Shown here piece after piece: positions 1 to 10,235 of a stretch of DNA of 64,000 bases. The position numbers and the translations under genes were made by a program. The stretch comes from Candidatus Kapaibacterium sp. (GTDB lineage Bacteria > Bacteroidota > Ignavibacteria > Kapaibacteriales > NICIL-2). The DNA is taken from the NCBI GenBank assembly GCA_040398805.1, contig JBBATK010000003.1, positions 124,062-188,061 of the forward strand, given 5' to 3'. The first letter of the stretch is position 1. Every line of letters starts with the position of its first letter. The notes under the pieces are model-generated. The model ran no database searches. It was given only the letters and a program-made list of their open reading frames with translations, and was not told the origin of the DNA.

Positions 1-1253
1 TTGCGCGCAGTATCGACCACGACGACCATACTGTCGCGCAACACTTTCGCGATGGTATTGTACGATCCGCTCACGACGGTCTGGCCTTCGCTGACGCCGC
101 TTGTGACTTCGATATAGTCGCGATCGCTCAGGCCCGACTCGATGCGGACCATCCGTGCCTTACCGTTGTCGACGACGAAGACCACTTGCGGCGGGCGCAG
201 GTCACGGCGTTTGTTTTCGCGCACGTTGGACGTCGTCATGTCGCCGTCGGCATCATCCGCTTTCTTCAACTCCGTGCGGATCGTCACGGCTTGCAGAGGA
301 ACGGATATGACATTCGCATGCGTCTCCGTCTCGATCTCGACACTGCAGCTCATGCCGGGACGCAACGTTATCTCCTTATCGATCAATCGGATCTTCACTT
401 CGAAGTTGATCACCTCGTCCTGCGTTCCCACTCCCACCTGTTTGGGAGAATGGGATACTTCCGCCACATAGCCAAGGAACTCCCTGTTCGGGTACGCATC
501 GATCTTCACGCGAGCGGTATCGCCCACATGGACTTTCACGACGTCGTTCTCGTCGACATCGACGATGGCGTTCATGACGTTCAAATCGGAGATACGCATG
601 AGTTCCGTTCCCTGCATCTGCGCGGTTCCGACCACCTTCTCGCCCAGCTCGATGTCCAGCTTCGTGAGAACACCGCTAATGGGAGCATAGATGGACGTTC
701 GGGAGAGGGATACGGAAACCTGCTTCAACGCGGCTTCCGTCCGGGATTTCTCCGTGAGCGCCGTCTGGTACTGACCCTGCGCGCGCTCATAGGATGCTTT
801 CGCGATTTCCAATTCCTGCTTCGACGAAAATTGCTTCTGATACAACGACAGGACCCGCTTCATCTCCGCCTCCGAACGCTCGAGTTCGGCTTTGGCGATC
901 TCTATGCCCAACTTCGCTGACTCCAGGGAAGCGCGGAACTGGTCCACTTGCGTCTCGATGAGGTCCGGCTGGATACGCACGAGCAACTGACCCTTGCGAA
1001 TGGAGTCGCCTTCCTTCGCACCAACGAAGATCACCTCGCCGCTGGCCTCTGAAGAAATCTTCACTTCGGTTTCCGGTTGAATCTTGCCGATGGCGGAGAC
1101 GGTTTCCGTGATCGTCCTTCGTGATACCTTCTCCACCGTCACGGTCGTCGGCTTGTCGCCGCGTCCTACGAAAAGGTACACGACGGCGGCGATCGCCGCA
1201 ACAACGATACCCACGATAAGGATGGTTCTCTTTCCGCTTGATTTCTGTGCCAT
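1..1253 (-). CDS. Efflux periplasmic adaptor (HlyD/MacA-like membrane fusion protein), 3' end runs off the window
   Basis: Hand translation from ATG at 1253: MAQKSSGKRTILIVGIVVAAIAAVVYLFVG...ETVSAIGKIQPETEVKISSEASGEV...GDSIRKGQLLVRI; C-terminal GLSDRDYIEVTSGVSEGQTVVSG. It is absent from the ORF track because no stop occurs in the window. Directly downstream of TolC. Confidence 0.9.
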   Translation of the reverse strand, partial: MAQKSSGKRTILIVGIVVAAIAAVVYLFVGRGDKPTTVTVEKVSRRTITETVSAIGKIQPETEVKISSEASGEVIFVGAKEGDSIRKGQLLVRIQPDLIETQVDQFRASLESAKLGIEIAKAELERSEAEMKRVLSLYQKQFSSKQELEIAKASYERAQGQYQTALTEKSRTEAALKQVSVSLSRTSIYAPISGVLTKLDIELGEKVVGTAQMQGTELMRISDLNVMNAIVDVDENDVVKVHVGDTARVKIDAYPNREFLGYVAEVSHSPKQVGVGTQDEVINFEVKIRLIDKEITLRPGMSCSVEIETETHANVISVPLQAVTIRTELKKADDADGDMTTSNVRENKRRDLRPPQVVFVVDNGKARMVRIESGLSDRDYIEVTSGVSEGQTVVSGSYNTIAKVLRDSMVVVVDTAR

Positions 1254-1329
1254 AATGAATCCAAATAGAGTAGTTACAGAGTTCGTTCGTGGTCCGGACG
1301 TGCGCGACGCGCTTTCTTTCAATCAATCG

Positions 1330-2706
1330 TCACTTGTCGCCCAAGGTACCAAGCGCAAGTCGCACCTGTTCTTGCGCATCGTAGTAGTTATACACGGCAT
1401 TGATTCGATTGATTTTCGCCGTCACCAGCAGGGTATTCGCCATTTGGAACTCGACGGGAGTCGATGCACCGACATTGAGACGCTCACGCATCGCTTCGTA
1501 ATTCTGCGTGGCGGAACGGACCGAGCGATTCGTGATTTCCAATTGCTTCTCCGCCGCGTCTAGGTTCAAGAGAGCGCTCTGCACATCAGTACGTACCCGT
1601 TGTTCTGACTGCTCACGTTCGATATCGCGTTGTCGGAACTCTATATCCGCCAACTGCGTTTGCGTGGCGGCGTTGAAGTTGTCGAAGATGGGCACGTTCA
1701 TGTTCATACCAACGAAGTAGCGACCGTTCTGACTGAATTGATCGAAGGTCGAGTTCGTCCACGACCAGCCGCCGGATGCATTGAGGTTCGGGAAGTAATT
1801 GCCTCGAGCGGCCGTGATACCGGCGTCGGCTGCAGCAACGGTGGACACGGTGGCGTTGTAATCCGGTCGGTTCTTCAGCGCCGTCTCCATGGCATTCACG
1901 ACGTCTCCGATATCCCTGCGGAAATCCGCGGCGGCAGTGGGTGCGAGCATGAGATCGAACGACGACTCGGCGAACTCCGCCTGCATGTTCGGTGGCAACG
2001 CCAACGTGGAAAGCAATTGCGCCTTCGATTGGTTCTCCGCGTTTTCGGAACTGACGACGTCGAACTCCCGTGAGCCGAGGTCCGCTTCCTGACTATACAC
2101 GAGGGCGACGGCGATGCGCCCCGACTCCAGTTGCGCTTTCGACCGTTCCAACTCCTGACGTCCGAGTTCGAGATTCTCCGCGCGAAGTTTCCGTACCTGC
2201 AAGGAACGGAGGACGCCGAGGTATTGGGAACGCACCTGGTACGAGACCGTTTGCCGCGTGCGTCGGAGATTCAGCTCGGCTGCATCAAGGTTCCGTTGGG
2301 CTCGACGGTAGTTAGACTCACGGGAGAATCCATTGAAGAGGTTGTACGACGCGATGGCGTTCATGGAGTAGGAGTTCGGCTGCACACCCGGCAAGGTGAT
2401 GATCTGACCGCCGATGTTCACCGTCCGTCCGCCCTCCACGTTCAGCTGGCGCGTGAAACCCATGGATGCATTGAACGACGGAAGGAAGGTCCCAAAAGCC
2501 TGAACGAGCGACGCATTCTGCGCATCATATTGTCCGAGCGCCGAGCGCACGCCGAAATTCTTCTCCGACGCAATTCGCAGGCACTCGTCCAGTGTGAACA
2601 CCTTCGGTGTACCCTTGGATTGGGCATGGAGGCCGGATCCGAAACCGATGACGACGGACAGAAGGGCAAGTGACAGGAATCTGTGCATGTTTCCAGGAAG
2701 GTTCAT
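1330..2706 (-). CDS. TolC-family outer membrane efflux protein
   Basis: Signal peptide (..GLHAQ), FTLDECLRIA, two OEP repeats (FLPSFNAS / YFPNLNAS), 458 aa; start may be 2688. Confidence 0.92.
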   Translation of the reverse strand: MNLPGNMHRFLSLALLSVVIGFGSGLHAQSKGTPKVFTLDECLRIASEKNFGVRSALGQYDAQNASLVQAFGTFLPSFNASMGFTRQLNVEGGRTVNIGGQIITLPGVQPNSYSMNAIASYNLFNGFSRESNYRRAQRNLDAAELNLRRTRQTVSYQVRSQYLGVLRSLQVRKLRAENLELGRQELERSKAQLESGRIAVALVYSQEADLGSREFDVVSSENAENQSKAQLLSTLALPPNMQAEFAESSFDLMLAPTAAADFRRDIGDVVNAMETALKNRPDYNATVSTVAAADAGITAARGNYFPNLNASGGWSWTNSTFDQFSQNGRYFVGMNMNVPIFDNFNAATQTQLADIEFRQRDIEREQSEQRVRTDVQSALLNLDAAEKQLEITNRSVRSATQNYEAMRERLNVGASTPVEFQMANTLLVTAKINRINAVYNYYDAQEQVRLALGTLGDK

Positions 2707-2843
2707 GATCGAGATTTTGTAGTAACGACCTTTGGACGTAATAATCCGAATATTGTTGCATCGGGGTTCCGCAGGAAAACGAAAAGCGCGAACAGAGCCC
2801 CGCGGTGTATTTTGCCGCGGTCTTCACATCCGTTCTCCCGCGT

Positions 2844-3860
2844 ATGAATCCTGCCAACATCCAGATCGTCACGAAAGACAGTATCACGGTGCGACAATTG
2901 CTCGAATCGCCGCTGAACCTGACACATCTCAACACCGAGGTGGCTCTCGACAATCTCATTCGCGACGGGAACATCCATAGACCGCAGCTCGCGTTAACGG
3001 GCTTCACGTCGCTGTTCACCAGTCACCGCGTGCAATTGCTGGGCAACACGGAGTGTCATTATCTTCAGCTGCTCTCGGAGGATGCGCGGGTGGAAGCGTT
3101 CGTCAACATCGCCGATCGCAACGTACCGTGTATCCTGCTCACACACGGCAACATGTTGGAAGACAGATTGCTGAAAATCGCATCCGACCATAACATCCCG
3201 GTTTTTCAGACGCAGTTCGAAACGACGAACGCCATCCATCTCATCTCCGAGTTCCTCGACGACCAGTTCGCCACCCAAGGTGTGGTCCACGGATCCTTCG
3301 TGGATGTGTACGGCGTCGGCATCCTGTTCGTTGGACGCAGCGGTATCGGCAAGAGCGAGATCGCCCTCGATCTCGTGGAACGCGGTCATCGCTTGGTTGC
3401 GGACGATGTGGTGATGCTGACGAAGAAGCGCGACTCCGTGCTCATGGGCACGGGAACGAATCTTGTGAAGCATTTCATGGAGATCCGCGGTCTCGGCATC
3501 ATCGATGTCCGTCAGATGTTCGGCATACGCGCCATCCGTTTCCAGAAACGCCTTGAGATCGTCGTGGAGCTCGAGGACTGGGATCCGTCCAAAGAATACG
3601 AACGGGCCGGTCTGGACGATACCCCGACCGACGTGATGGGCGTTCCCATTCATTCGGTCAAGCTTCCCATTTTCCCGGGAAAGAACATCACAGTGATTTC
3701 CGAGGTCATCGCCTTGAACTACCTGCTCCGTACCTACGGTTATAATGCCGCAAAGGAGTTCTCCGAGCTGCTTCATGCGGAAATCAAGAAGCGGGCGGAC
3801 GAGCGGGACGCGTCCACCGATCGACGTCTCATTTCGTATTTTCAGGGCGATGACGAATAG
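2844..3860 (+). CDS. hprK: HPr(Ser) kinase/phosphorylase
   Basis: IHRPQLALTG, HGSFVDVYGVG, Walker A GRSGIGKSE, GHRLVADD, MEIRGLGII. Start set at ATG 2844. Confidence 0.96.
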   Translation: MNPANIQIVTKDSITVRQLLESPLNLTHLNTEVALDNLIRDGNIHRPQLALTGFTSLFTSHRVQLLGNTECHYLQLLSEDARVEAFVNIADRNVPCILLTHGNMLEDRLLKIASDHNIPVFQTQFETTNAIHLISEFLDDQFATQGVVHGSFVDVYGVGILFVGRSGIGKSEIALDLVERGHRLVADDVVMLTKKRDSVLMGTGTNLVKHFMEIRGLGIIDVRQMFGIRAIRFQKRLEIVVELEDWDPSKEYERAGLDDTPTDVMGVPIHSVKLPIFPGKNITVISEVIALNYLLRTYGYNAAKEFSELLHAEIKKRADERDASTDRRLISYFQGDDE

Positions 3861-3962
3861 CGTCATACTTTTCCTCGGCCACGCGGTCTAACACCGTGTC
3901 GTTCCCCATCGGTATCGCTCATGCGCGCCTACCGGCATTCTGATTTTCGCTTGCCTGCTTTC

Positions 3963-6080
3963 ATGACACGAAGATTCGTCCCCCTCATCGTCCTGTCGGT
4001 CCTTTTCGGCGGTTGTCGTTTCTGGGACAACTCGATGACGTATTTCAATACGTATTACAACCAGAAGAAGCTGATGAACGAGACGGAGGAGGAGTTCGGG
4101 TACGACGAATACCTCAAGCCGCCGAAGCCGCGCGCCATAGCTCCGGTGGAACCGGACGTGCTCCTGGAGAAACCCAGCAACGAGTTGCCCCGGTATCTCA
4201 ACGACATGATCGTGAAACCCGCGAAGCTGCAGCCGGTTCAGATCAAGGTGGATTCCATCATCATCAAGGGTTCGAAGATCCTTGCGACGCATCCGAAGAG
4301 CTCTCTCGTGGACGGCAGTCTGTATCTCATGGCGAAGGCCTTCTTCTATCGCAGTGAGTGGTTGCCCTCCACGATCAAGTGCCTGGAGCTTGTCGAGCAG
4401 TTTCCGGACTCACCGTATTCGCCGGACGCGCACTTGCTGGCATCGAAGAACTACCTTATCCAGCGGAACCTGCCCAAAGCGAAGATCATGCTTTCCCGCA
4501 CGGTGGACATCGCGTGGCATCAACAGCGATATGACGTATTGTCCGAAGCGTTCCAGCTCATGGCCGAAGAAGCCATGGTGCGTGGCGATTTCGATGATGC
4601 GCAACGTCCGTACCGTCAGGCCATCCTTCAGTGCACCGATGAAGAACAGAAAGCGAAGTGGCAGACGGATCTCGGACTTCTGCTCTACCGTACCAGACAG
4701 TTCGCGAAAGCGGATGTTGCGCTCTCACAAGTACGGGAGTATCGTCCATCCGTCCTCACCGAGTTCGAAGCCGACCTTTATCGCGTGCTCTCCCTGGCGG
4801 AGCTTGGCAGGACCGCGCAAGCACGGGCGTTGCTGACCGACCTAGAGAAGAACCGTAACTACGAAGAGTATATGAAGCTCGGATATACGAGTGCTGCACG
4901 CCATCAGATATGCAGACTCGAGGCCGACAAGGATTCGATGTCCGCGGTGGAGCGAACAATCGACTCCCTGGGGATGACCGGTCCCATCCTCCATGTGGCA
5001 TACTTCGAGCGCGGAATGGAGTTGTTCCGGGCGAAGGACTATCCTGCCGCGCAGCGGTATTTCGCTCGCGCGAAAGTGACCCGTAGTTCGGTGTTCGATG
5101 GCGCGAATAATCTTTACAACCTGCTCAACATCCGCGAGCAGAAACTCATGGAATCGGACATCATCTTCAAGCGCATCGTCGAACGTCGGGATTCCACGAT
5201 CGAGACGAAAGACAGCGTGGGACGCTCGTATGCGAAGACCGTTTTCGAACTGGGTCGGGCGCATGAACTGCTTGGAAATGCCGATAGCGCCGAGAGCTAC
5301 TACCGTGTGGCCATGGAAGCGGCACCGGAAAAGGATACGCTGCGCGCACAGTACCTGTACTCCTATGCACGAATGGTCGATCCCCGCGACAAAGCGCTCG
5401 CCGATTCCATCCATGAAGTCATCTTCGCAAAGTACCTGTCCACCGCGTACGGCACGGAATCGCGCTTGCGCCTTGGGTATACGGACTATGCGGTTGCCGA
5501 TTCGGTGGAGGAGATCTTCCGTAGCGGATCGCGATTCCGATCGGTAGGCGACTACACGATGGCCATGCGCCAGTATCATCGCATCGTCGAAGCGCACAGC
5601 GCGTCCACCTTCGCTCCTCCCGCTCTCTATGCGTTGGGATGGGTTTGGGAGAACAAGTTGCGCAATACCGACAGCGCTTTGCAGTACTACAGCCTGCTTC
5701 TTAAGAGATATCCGTTCTCCGAGTACGCGGACGACGTGCGATACGCCGTAGCCTTCGGGCTGTCGAAGCGTTCGGGCGGTTCGGATTCCACTCTTTGGGG
5801 TCCGCGCAAAAAGCCCGGCCAACCCGATACGCCACAAGCACAAGACTCTTCAGGGTCGGCCTCCATAGCGCCGCCGTCCGCTCCGCTTCCTCAAGCAACG
5901 AATCCCGTTCCGACCCAGAAGCAACCGCCTCAGGATATTGCGCCGAGCATACCGATTCCTATGTCCAAACCCATGGATCTGGGTGTCGATATCAATCCGC
6001 AACTCGTTGTTCCCCAACAGAGTATCGACACGACCGTGTCACGTCCTCCGGCCGATACCACCGGAAAAAAACCGAAGTGA
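3963..6080 (+). CDS. TPR-repeat lipoprotein with a Pro-rich C-terminal tail (possibly SprE/PorW-like)
   Basis: Lipobox-like LFGG-C, then YFNTYYN, many TPR/BamD-like helices (FPDSPYSPDA, YPFSEYADD), Pro/Gln/Ser-rich tail. Confidence 0.75.
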   Translation: MTRRFVPLIVLSVLFGGCRFWDNSMTYFNTYYNQKKLMNETEEEFGYDEYLKPPKPRAIAPVEPDVLLEKPSNELPRYLNDMIVKPAKLQPVQIKVDSIIIKGSKILATHPKSSLVDGSLYLMAKAFFYRSEWLPSTIKCLELVEQFPDSPYSPDAHLLASKNYLIQRNLPKAKIMLSRTVDIAWHQQRYDVLSEAFQLMAEEAMVRGDFDDAQRPYRQAILQCTDEEQKAKWQTDLGLLLYRTRQFAKADVALSQVREYRPSVLTEFEADLYRVLSLAELGRTAQARALLTDLEKNRNYEEYMKLGYTSAARHQICRLEADKDSMSAVERTIDSLGMTGPILHVAYFERGMELFRAKDYPAAQRYFARAKVTRSSVFDGANNLYNLLNIREQKLMESDIIFKRIVERRDSTIETKDSVGRSYAKTVFELGRAHELLGNADSAESYYRVAMEAAPEKDTLRAQYLYSYARMVDPRDKALADSIHEVIFAKYLSTAYGTESRLRLGYTDYAVADSVEEIFRSGSRFRSVGDYTMAMRQYHRIVEAHSASTFAPPALYALGWVWENKLRNTDSALQYYSLLLKRYPFSEYADDVRYAVAFGLSKRSGGSDSTLWGPRKKPGQPDTPQAQDSSGSASIAPPSAPLPQATNPVPTQKQPPQDIAPSIPIPMSKPMDLGVDINPQLVVPQQSIDTTVSRPPADTTGKKPK

Positions 6081-6137
6081 CCGGACGTTCCCGATGTTCA
6101 TCGGGATAATTGGCACAATGCTTGTCGGTACTCTTCC

Positions 6138-7238
6138 ATGCCAACGCAAACACCAACGGGTCGAGTCACCCGACGTCGTCGCTCAGAGCCGCTAGCGCCA
6201 TCCGCGCCGGTGCCGGGCGCGCCCCATGATATCCTCTCCGCAGCTGCGGTCGCATTCCTCTGTGTGGAACCCGAGTCGTGGTCCGTTCTCGAAGCCAACT
6301 CGGCGGCCGTCGCCTTGTTAGGATACGACCCTTCCGAAGTCTCGACGGTACGCCTGCCCATGTTCGAACAAGCATATCGGGCGTTGACCAGGCGCCGTGC
6401 TCCGCTGAATGTTCTCGTCCCGCTGGAATTCCCGCGCGTCCATGGCTCCACCCTTCATGTGGAAGCGCATGCGTGGTTGCATGCGGATATGCGCGGACGA
6501 CGGTCGGTTGCCGCCATCCTGAGGGATTCGGGAACGGACGTCGCCGAACGGAAGCTGTCCACCCAGCGCGACACCATGATTCTTCTCGGTAAACTCACGA
6601 CCATGGTGGCTCACGAAATCCGTAATCCCCTCTCCGTCGTCAATCTCCACCTGCAACTGCTGCAGCGCATCGTGCAGGAGGATGAAAAAGCGCTGCGCTC
6701 CGTACGCACGGCCATGCAGGGAGTGGAACGCATGACGAACATCGTGTCATCGACGCTCGACTTCGCCAAACCGCTGATTCCGAAAACCGAACCCTGCGAT
6801 GTCCATAGCATCATCACCGACACATTGGAAATACTCCGCGAAACCCTGTTCCAGAAAATCACGACCATCACCTTCGATTTCGAGGACCATCTTCCTCGCA
6901 TCGAGGCGGATGTCACGCAGATCGGACACGTGTTCCTGCATGTCATCAAGAACGCCTTCGACGCTCTCGGTAACCGTGGAACCATTCACATCGCCACCAT
7001 GGTAAGCAGGATCCGCTCGCAAAGGGAACTTCACATCCGTATCTCGGACACGGGATGCGGAATCGTGCAGAGCGACCTTGCGTGCATCTTCGATCCGTTC
7101 TTCTCCCGTAAGGCGGAAGGGCTCGGCTTGGGCTTGACCACGGCGCGCCGCATCGTGGAGCATCATAAGGGACGTATTCTCGTGGAGAGCGTTCGTGGCA
7201 CAGGGACGACCGTCACGGTCTGCTTCCCGTTGCCCTGA
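6138..7238 (+). CDS. Cytoplasmic sensor histidine kinase (degenerate PAS + HisKA + HATPase)
   Basis: H-box AHEIRNPL, N-box KNAFDA, G1 ISDTGCGI, F-box FDPFFS, G2 GLGLGL; PAS-like VLEANSAAVALLGY; no TM segment seen. Confidence 0.9.
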   Translation: MPTQTPTGRVTRRRRSEPLAPSAPVPGAPHDILSAAAVAFLCVEPESWSVLEANSAAVALLGYDPSEVSTVRLPMFEQAYRALTRRRAPLNVLVPLEFPRVHGSTLHVEAHAWLHADMRGRRSVAAILRDSGTDVAERKLSTQRDTMILLGKLTTMVAHEIRNPLSVVNLHLQLLQRIVQEDEKALRSVRTAMQGVERMTNIVSSTLDFAKPLIPKTEPCDVHSIITDTLEILRETLFQKITTITFDFEDHLPRIEADVTQIGHVFLHVIKNAFDALGNRGTIHIATMVSRIRSQRELHIRISDTGCGIVQSDLACIFDPFFSRKAEGLGLGLTTARRIVEHHKGRILVESVRGTGTTVTVCFPLP

Positions 7239-7251
7239 GCGGGTTCGCGGT

Positions 7252-8421
7252 CTAGCGCCTGTACGGTTCTTGGAGATATTGTTCCGCTTCCCGGTGGGAG
7301 TTCTGATAGTCCGACCACGACAGGATTTTGTTGTACTGCGACGTGGCCAGGTCGCGCCGTCCTTGCAGGTCGTAAATCTTCCCGATGGTCATGTTCAACC
7401 GCACCATGAAGCCCGATGGGTCCTCGTCCAGGTACCTGCTCGCCTCGTCGCATTTGTACAGATACTGCAACGCCGATTCGTTGTTGCCGCGATTGAATTC
7501 GAAGGTTCCCAGATAATACAACGCCTCGCGTGCACTGTACACGTCGTACCCGAACACCTTCTGCCGGTACTTGTCGAGTATCCCCTTCCATTGCACATCG
7601 GCGGAATCGGAATACCCGTTCATGACCAATGCCACAGCGTACTTGCGATGGAAGAACGCATTGAGGGGATAGGACGTGTACAGCTCCCTGCTCCATCGAA
7701 GGTACTCGGCCGGCTGCTTCTCGAATTGCGAACCGTACACCATCTGCAAGACGACTTTCGCTTCGACGGCGGCATAGCGCGCGTTGCGCGCAGCCGCCTC
7801 CAGCTGCAACACGCCCAGCTTCTTGTCGCCAGACGGCAGGAACACCATGATGGGCTTCAAGGCAGGATACTGATTCGGGAGCGCGTCGGCGAAGTAATTG
7901 TAGATGCCCGTACCCAGCATGATGTCGTAGTTGGACGGAGCAAGCTTGTTGCACTTGATCAGGATGTCCAACGCTTGTCGGGCATCATTGGTGGCTTTCA
8001 ACCAACTCGAGTTGGAGGCGTAATAGCGTCCGCGATACCCGAGTATCCCACCCTTGAAGAACAGTCCCGCGATATCGAATTCGTTCGTATCCAAGATCCG
8101 GTCGCACACCTCCACCACCTTGTCCACCTTTCGAAGGAAGGACTCCGCGTACGAGGTGTTCCTTTGGTCTATCTGCATCCGCCACCAGTCGATCATGGCT
8201 TCCATGAAATACCCTGCGGGGAAATCCGGATAGAGTGCATTGACCTTTTCAAAACAGACCGTGGCACTGTCGAAGCGGGTGTTGTAGATATGCGCAGTCC
8301 CGCGGGTGATCAACTCGTCGGCATCGGCACGCATAAGGGCGAACTGGGCCGAAGCCGTGAAGGGCGCGACGAGCACCATCGCAAGGAGATACGGACGTAT
8401 GGTTCGCGCAAGGGCACTCAT
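7252..8421 (-). CDS. Exported TPR protein (TTC39/Iml2-like helical repeat)
   Basis: Signal peptide ending ASA-Q; helical repeats; GIYNYF...LPSGDKKLGVLQL motif. Confidence 0.7.
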   Translation of the reverse strand: MSALARTIRPYLLAMVLVAPFTASAQFALMRADADELITRGTAHIYNTRFDSATVCFEKVNALYPDFPAGYFMEAMIDWWRMQIDQRNTSYAESFLRKVDKVVEVCDRILDTNEFDIAGLFFKGGILGYRGRYYASNSSWLKATNDARQALDILIKCNKLAPSNYDIMLGTGIYNYFADALPNQYPALKPIMVFLPSGDKKLGVLQLEAAARNARYAAVEAKVVLQMVYGSQFEKQPAEYLRWSRELYTSYPLNAFFHRKYAVALVMNGYSDSADVQWKGILDKYRQKVFGYDVYSAREALYYLGTFEFNRGNNESALQYLYKCDEASRYLDEDPSGFMVRLNMTIGKIYDLQGRRDLATSQYNKILSWSDYQNSHREAEQYLQEPYRR

Positions 8422-8467
8422 GAGAGACGCAAGGTAGTATGGATGGTCACGAACAGCAAGACACCTG

Positions 8468-8671
8468 CTAGGCGTTCGACGTTGACGATTCCTGGATACG
8501 CACGATGTGCTCGGTGATCTTCTCTTTCATGGCATTCTCCACTTGCTCGTGTTCTTCGCCTTTGATCATCAGTCCTAACTGCGGACAGTACGACGCGTAG
8601 CGATTGGCCATGTCGTAACGACGGATGAGGATTTCGTAATCGAGCAGGTTCGTACTCGTTGATTGTTGCAT
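8468..8671 (-). CDS. Small protein, HicB-like (partial RNase H fold)
   Basis: YEILI...YASYCPQLGLMIKGEEHEQVENAMKEKI resembles the HicB N-domain pattern; fits the gap between neighbours on the same strand. Confidence 0.55.
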   Translation of the reverse strand: MQQSTSTNLLDYEILIRRYDMANRYASYCPQLGLMIKGEEHEQVENAMKEKITEHIVRIQESSTSNA

Positions 8672-8732
8672 GATGGTATGAAGGGAAATTGAGAAAAAAC
8701 CACGGAACGTTCACATCACCCGTATCGCTTGA

Positions 8733-10235
8733 TCACCGGGCCCGGGTGCCATGTGAGCGCAGGACGAACAGGCTATACACGGTATCGACCGATACGGACG
8801 AGCCAAGTGATGGAGCCGTGACGGTGATGCTATCGACGAGCGAACAGCCGTCTAAGTTTGCGCGGACAACCTGTTTTTTTTCCAGAACGATGTACTCGGC
8901 GACCGCGACCTGACGTGCTCTGCGCTCAGGGTACGCCTTGTCAAGATAGTAGTCGTCTATGCGGAAATCATATCCGAGACCTTCCGCCGCATACCAGAGC
9001 AGCCCGTCGCCGAAGACCCGTGAACCACGTGGAATGACGTTTTCCAAGGAACGTCGGAGCACCTCGGGGTCTCGCTCCTGCCATTGCGTGATAGCAGCTA
9101 TCAAACGTCCACCCGGGCCGACCGCAAACATCACCGTCACGATCGCCACGACGACATACCGGCTGGTCATACGGACGACGGTACCGCCAGCGCGTTCGAC
9201 GTCGGCAAGGAGCAGTCCGAGCATGATGACGGCGATGACCACAGGATAGAGCACGTAGAACCCGACGTCTTTGGTCATGAAGAGCACGTTGAAGACGAAA
9301 GCGGACACGAACCAGATCATGATCATCATATGATCAATGCGACGTCTTTTCACTACCGAGCCGCTGAACAGGATGACAACTGCCAGGTAAAGGGCCGGAG
9401 CGAATGGCGCGCGGGCGAAATCGCGCGGGTATCGAGCTACTTCATCAACGAATCGTTCCCATAGGGACGAGGACGCAAGATGATCGCTGCCATGACGCAG
9501 GAACTGTCCGGCGAAGGCGGCCCATTCGCCGGAGAACCATGCAGAGGAAACCCACACCACCGGTAGCGCCAGACCGCTCATGATCAGCAGCGGAAGATGT
9601 TTGCGTCGCATAGGGACGAACAAGGCATGGGCAAGGACTATGCCCGCACCCATGCCGGCGGCGATGGGGTGGGACATACCGGCAGCACCTAAGGCAAAGC
9701 CGGTGGCCACACTCCATGAAGGTCGAGACGTATCGAGGGCTTTCAAGGAGGAATGAATGGCGACAAGGAGGAAGAAGATGCACATGCTGTCCATACGACC
9801 CGACCGCGAGAGAAAAGAGAAGAGCGGGTCCGCAGCAAGCACTGCCGATGTGAGCACGATGACGATCGTGGGCGACCGGAATCGTCCAAGGATCATTCCC
9901 AGCACCACGAGAGAAGCACCGGCGAAAAGGAGGGGCGGGATGCGTGTCTGCCATATACCGAAACCGAATACGGAGTAGGAGCACGCGGTCACGAGCGTTT
10001 GCAGGGGCGGCTGCCAATAGTAGCCGCGAGCGAACTCGGGTACGTCGGAAAACACCGAGGAACGGACGTGACCGTTCATCACCCACTCCCGTGCGGCATC
10101 GTTCAAGGTGGCCTCATCAACCCACAGCAATGGTGAACGCGTCAACCCGAGCAGATTGAACGCGATGAAGACAACGGCGATGATGAAGATGGAACGTCGC
10201 ACGGTCGGGGGATTCGTTGACAACGGGACACTCAC
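8733..10235 (-). CDS. ArnT/PMT-like GT-C membrane glycosyltransferase
   Basis: WVDEA after TM1, QPPL, FGFGIWQTRIP, SGRMD, many TM helices; 4-nt overlap with the upstream gene. Confidence 0.85.
   Translation of the reverse strand: MSVPLSTNPPTVRRSIFIIAVVFIAFNLLGLTRSPLLWVDEATLNDAAREWVMNGHVRSSVFSDVPEFARGYYWQPPLQTLVTACSYSVFGFGIWQTRIPPLLFAGASLVVLGMILGRFRSPTIVIVLTSAVLAADPLFSFLSRSGRMDSMCIFFLLVAIHSSLKALDTSRPSWSVATGFALGAAGMSHPIAAGMGAGIVLAHALFVPMRRKHLPLLIMSGLALPVVWVSSAWFSGEWAAFAGQFLRHGSDHLASSSLWERFVDEVARYPRDFARAPFAPALYLAVVILFSGSVVKRRRIDHMMIMIWFVSAFVFNVLFMTKDVGFYVLYPVVIAVIMLGLLLADVERAGGTVVRMTSRYVVVAIVTVMFAVGPGGRLIAAITQWQERDPEVLRRSLENVIPRGSRVFGDGLLWYAAEGLGYDFRIDDYYLDKAYPERRARQVAVAEYIVLEKKQVVRANLDGCSLVDSITVTAPSLGSSVSVDTVYSLFVLRSHGTRAR

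Noticed and set aside
787-1326. 179-aa minus-strand ORF in the track
   Set aside because: Wrong frame; the real gene is the MFP starting at 1253 and running off the window.
8418-8714. 98-aa minus-strand ORF overlapping the HicB-like ORF
   Set aside because: Arg/His-rich off-frame composition; the 67-aa frame looks more protein-like.
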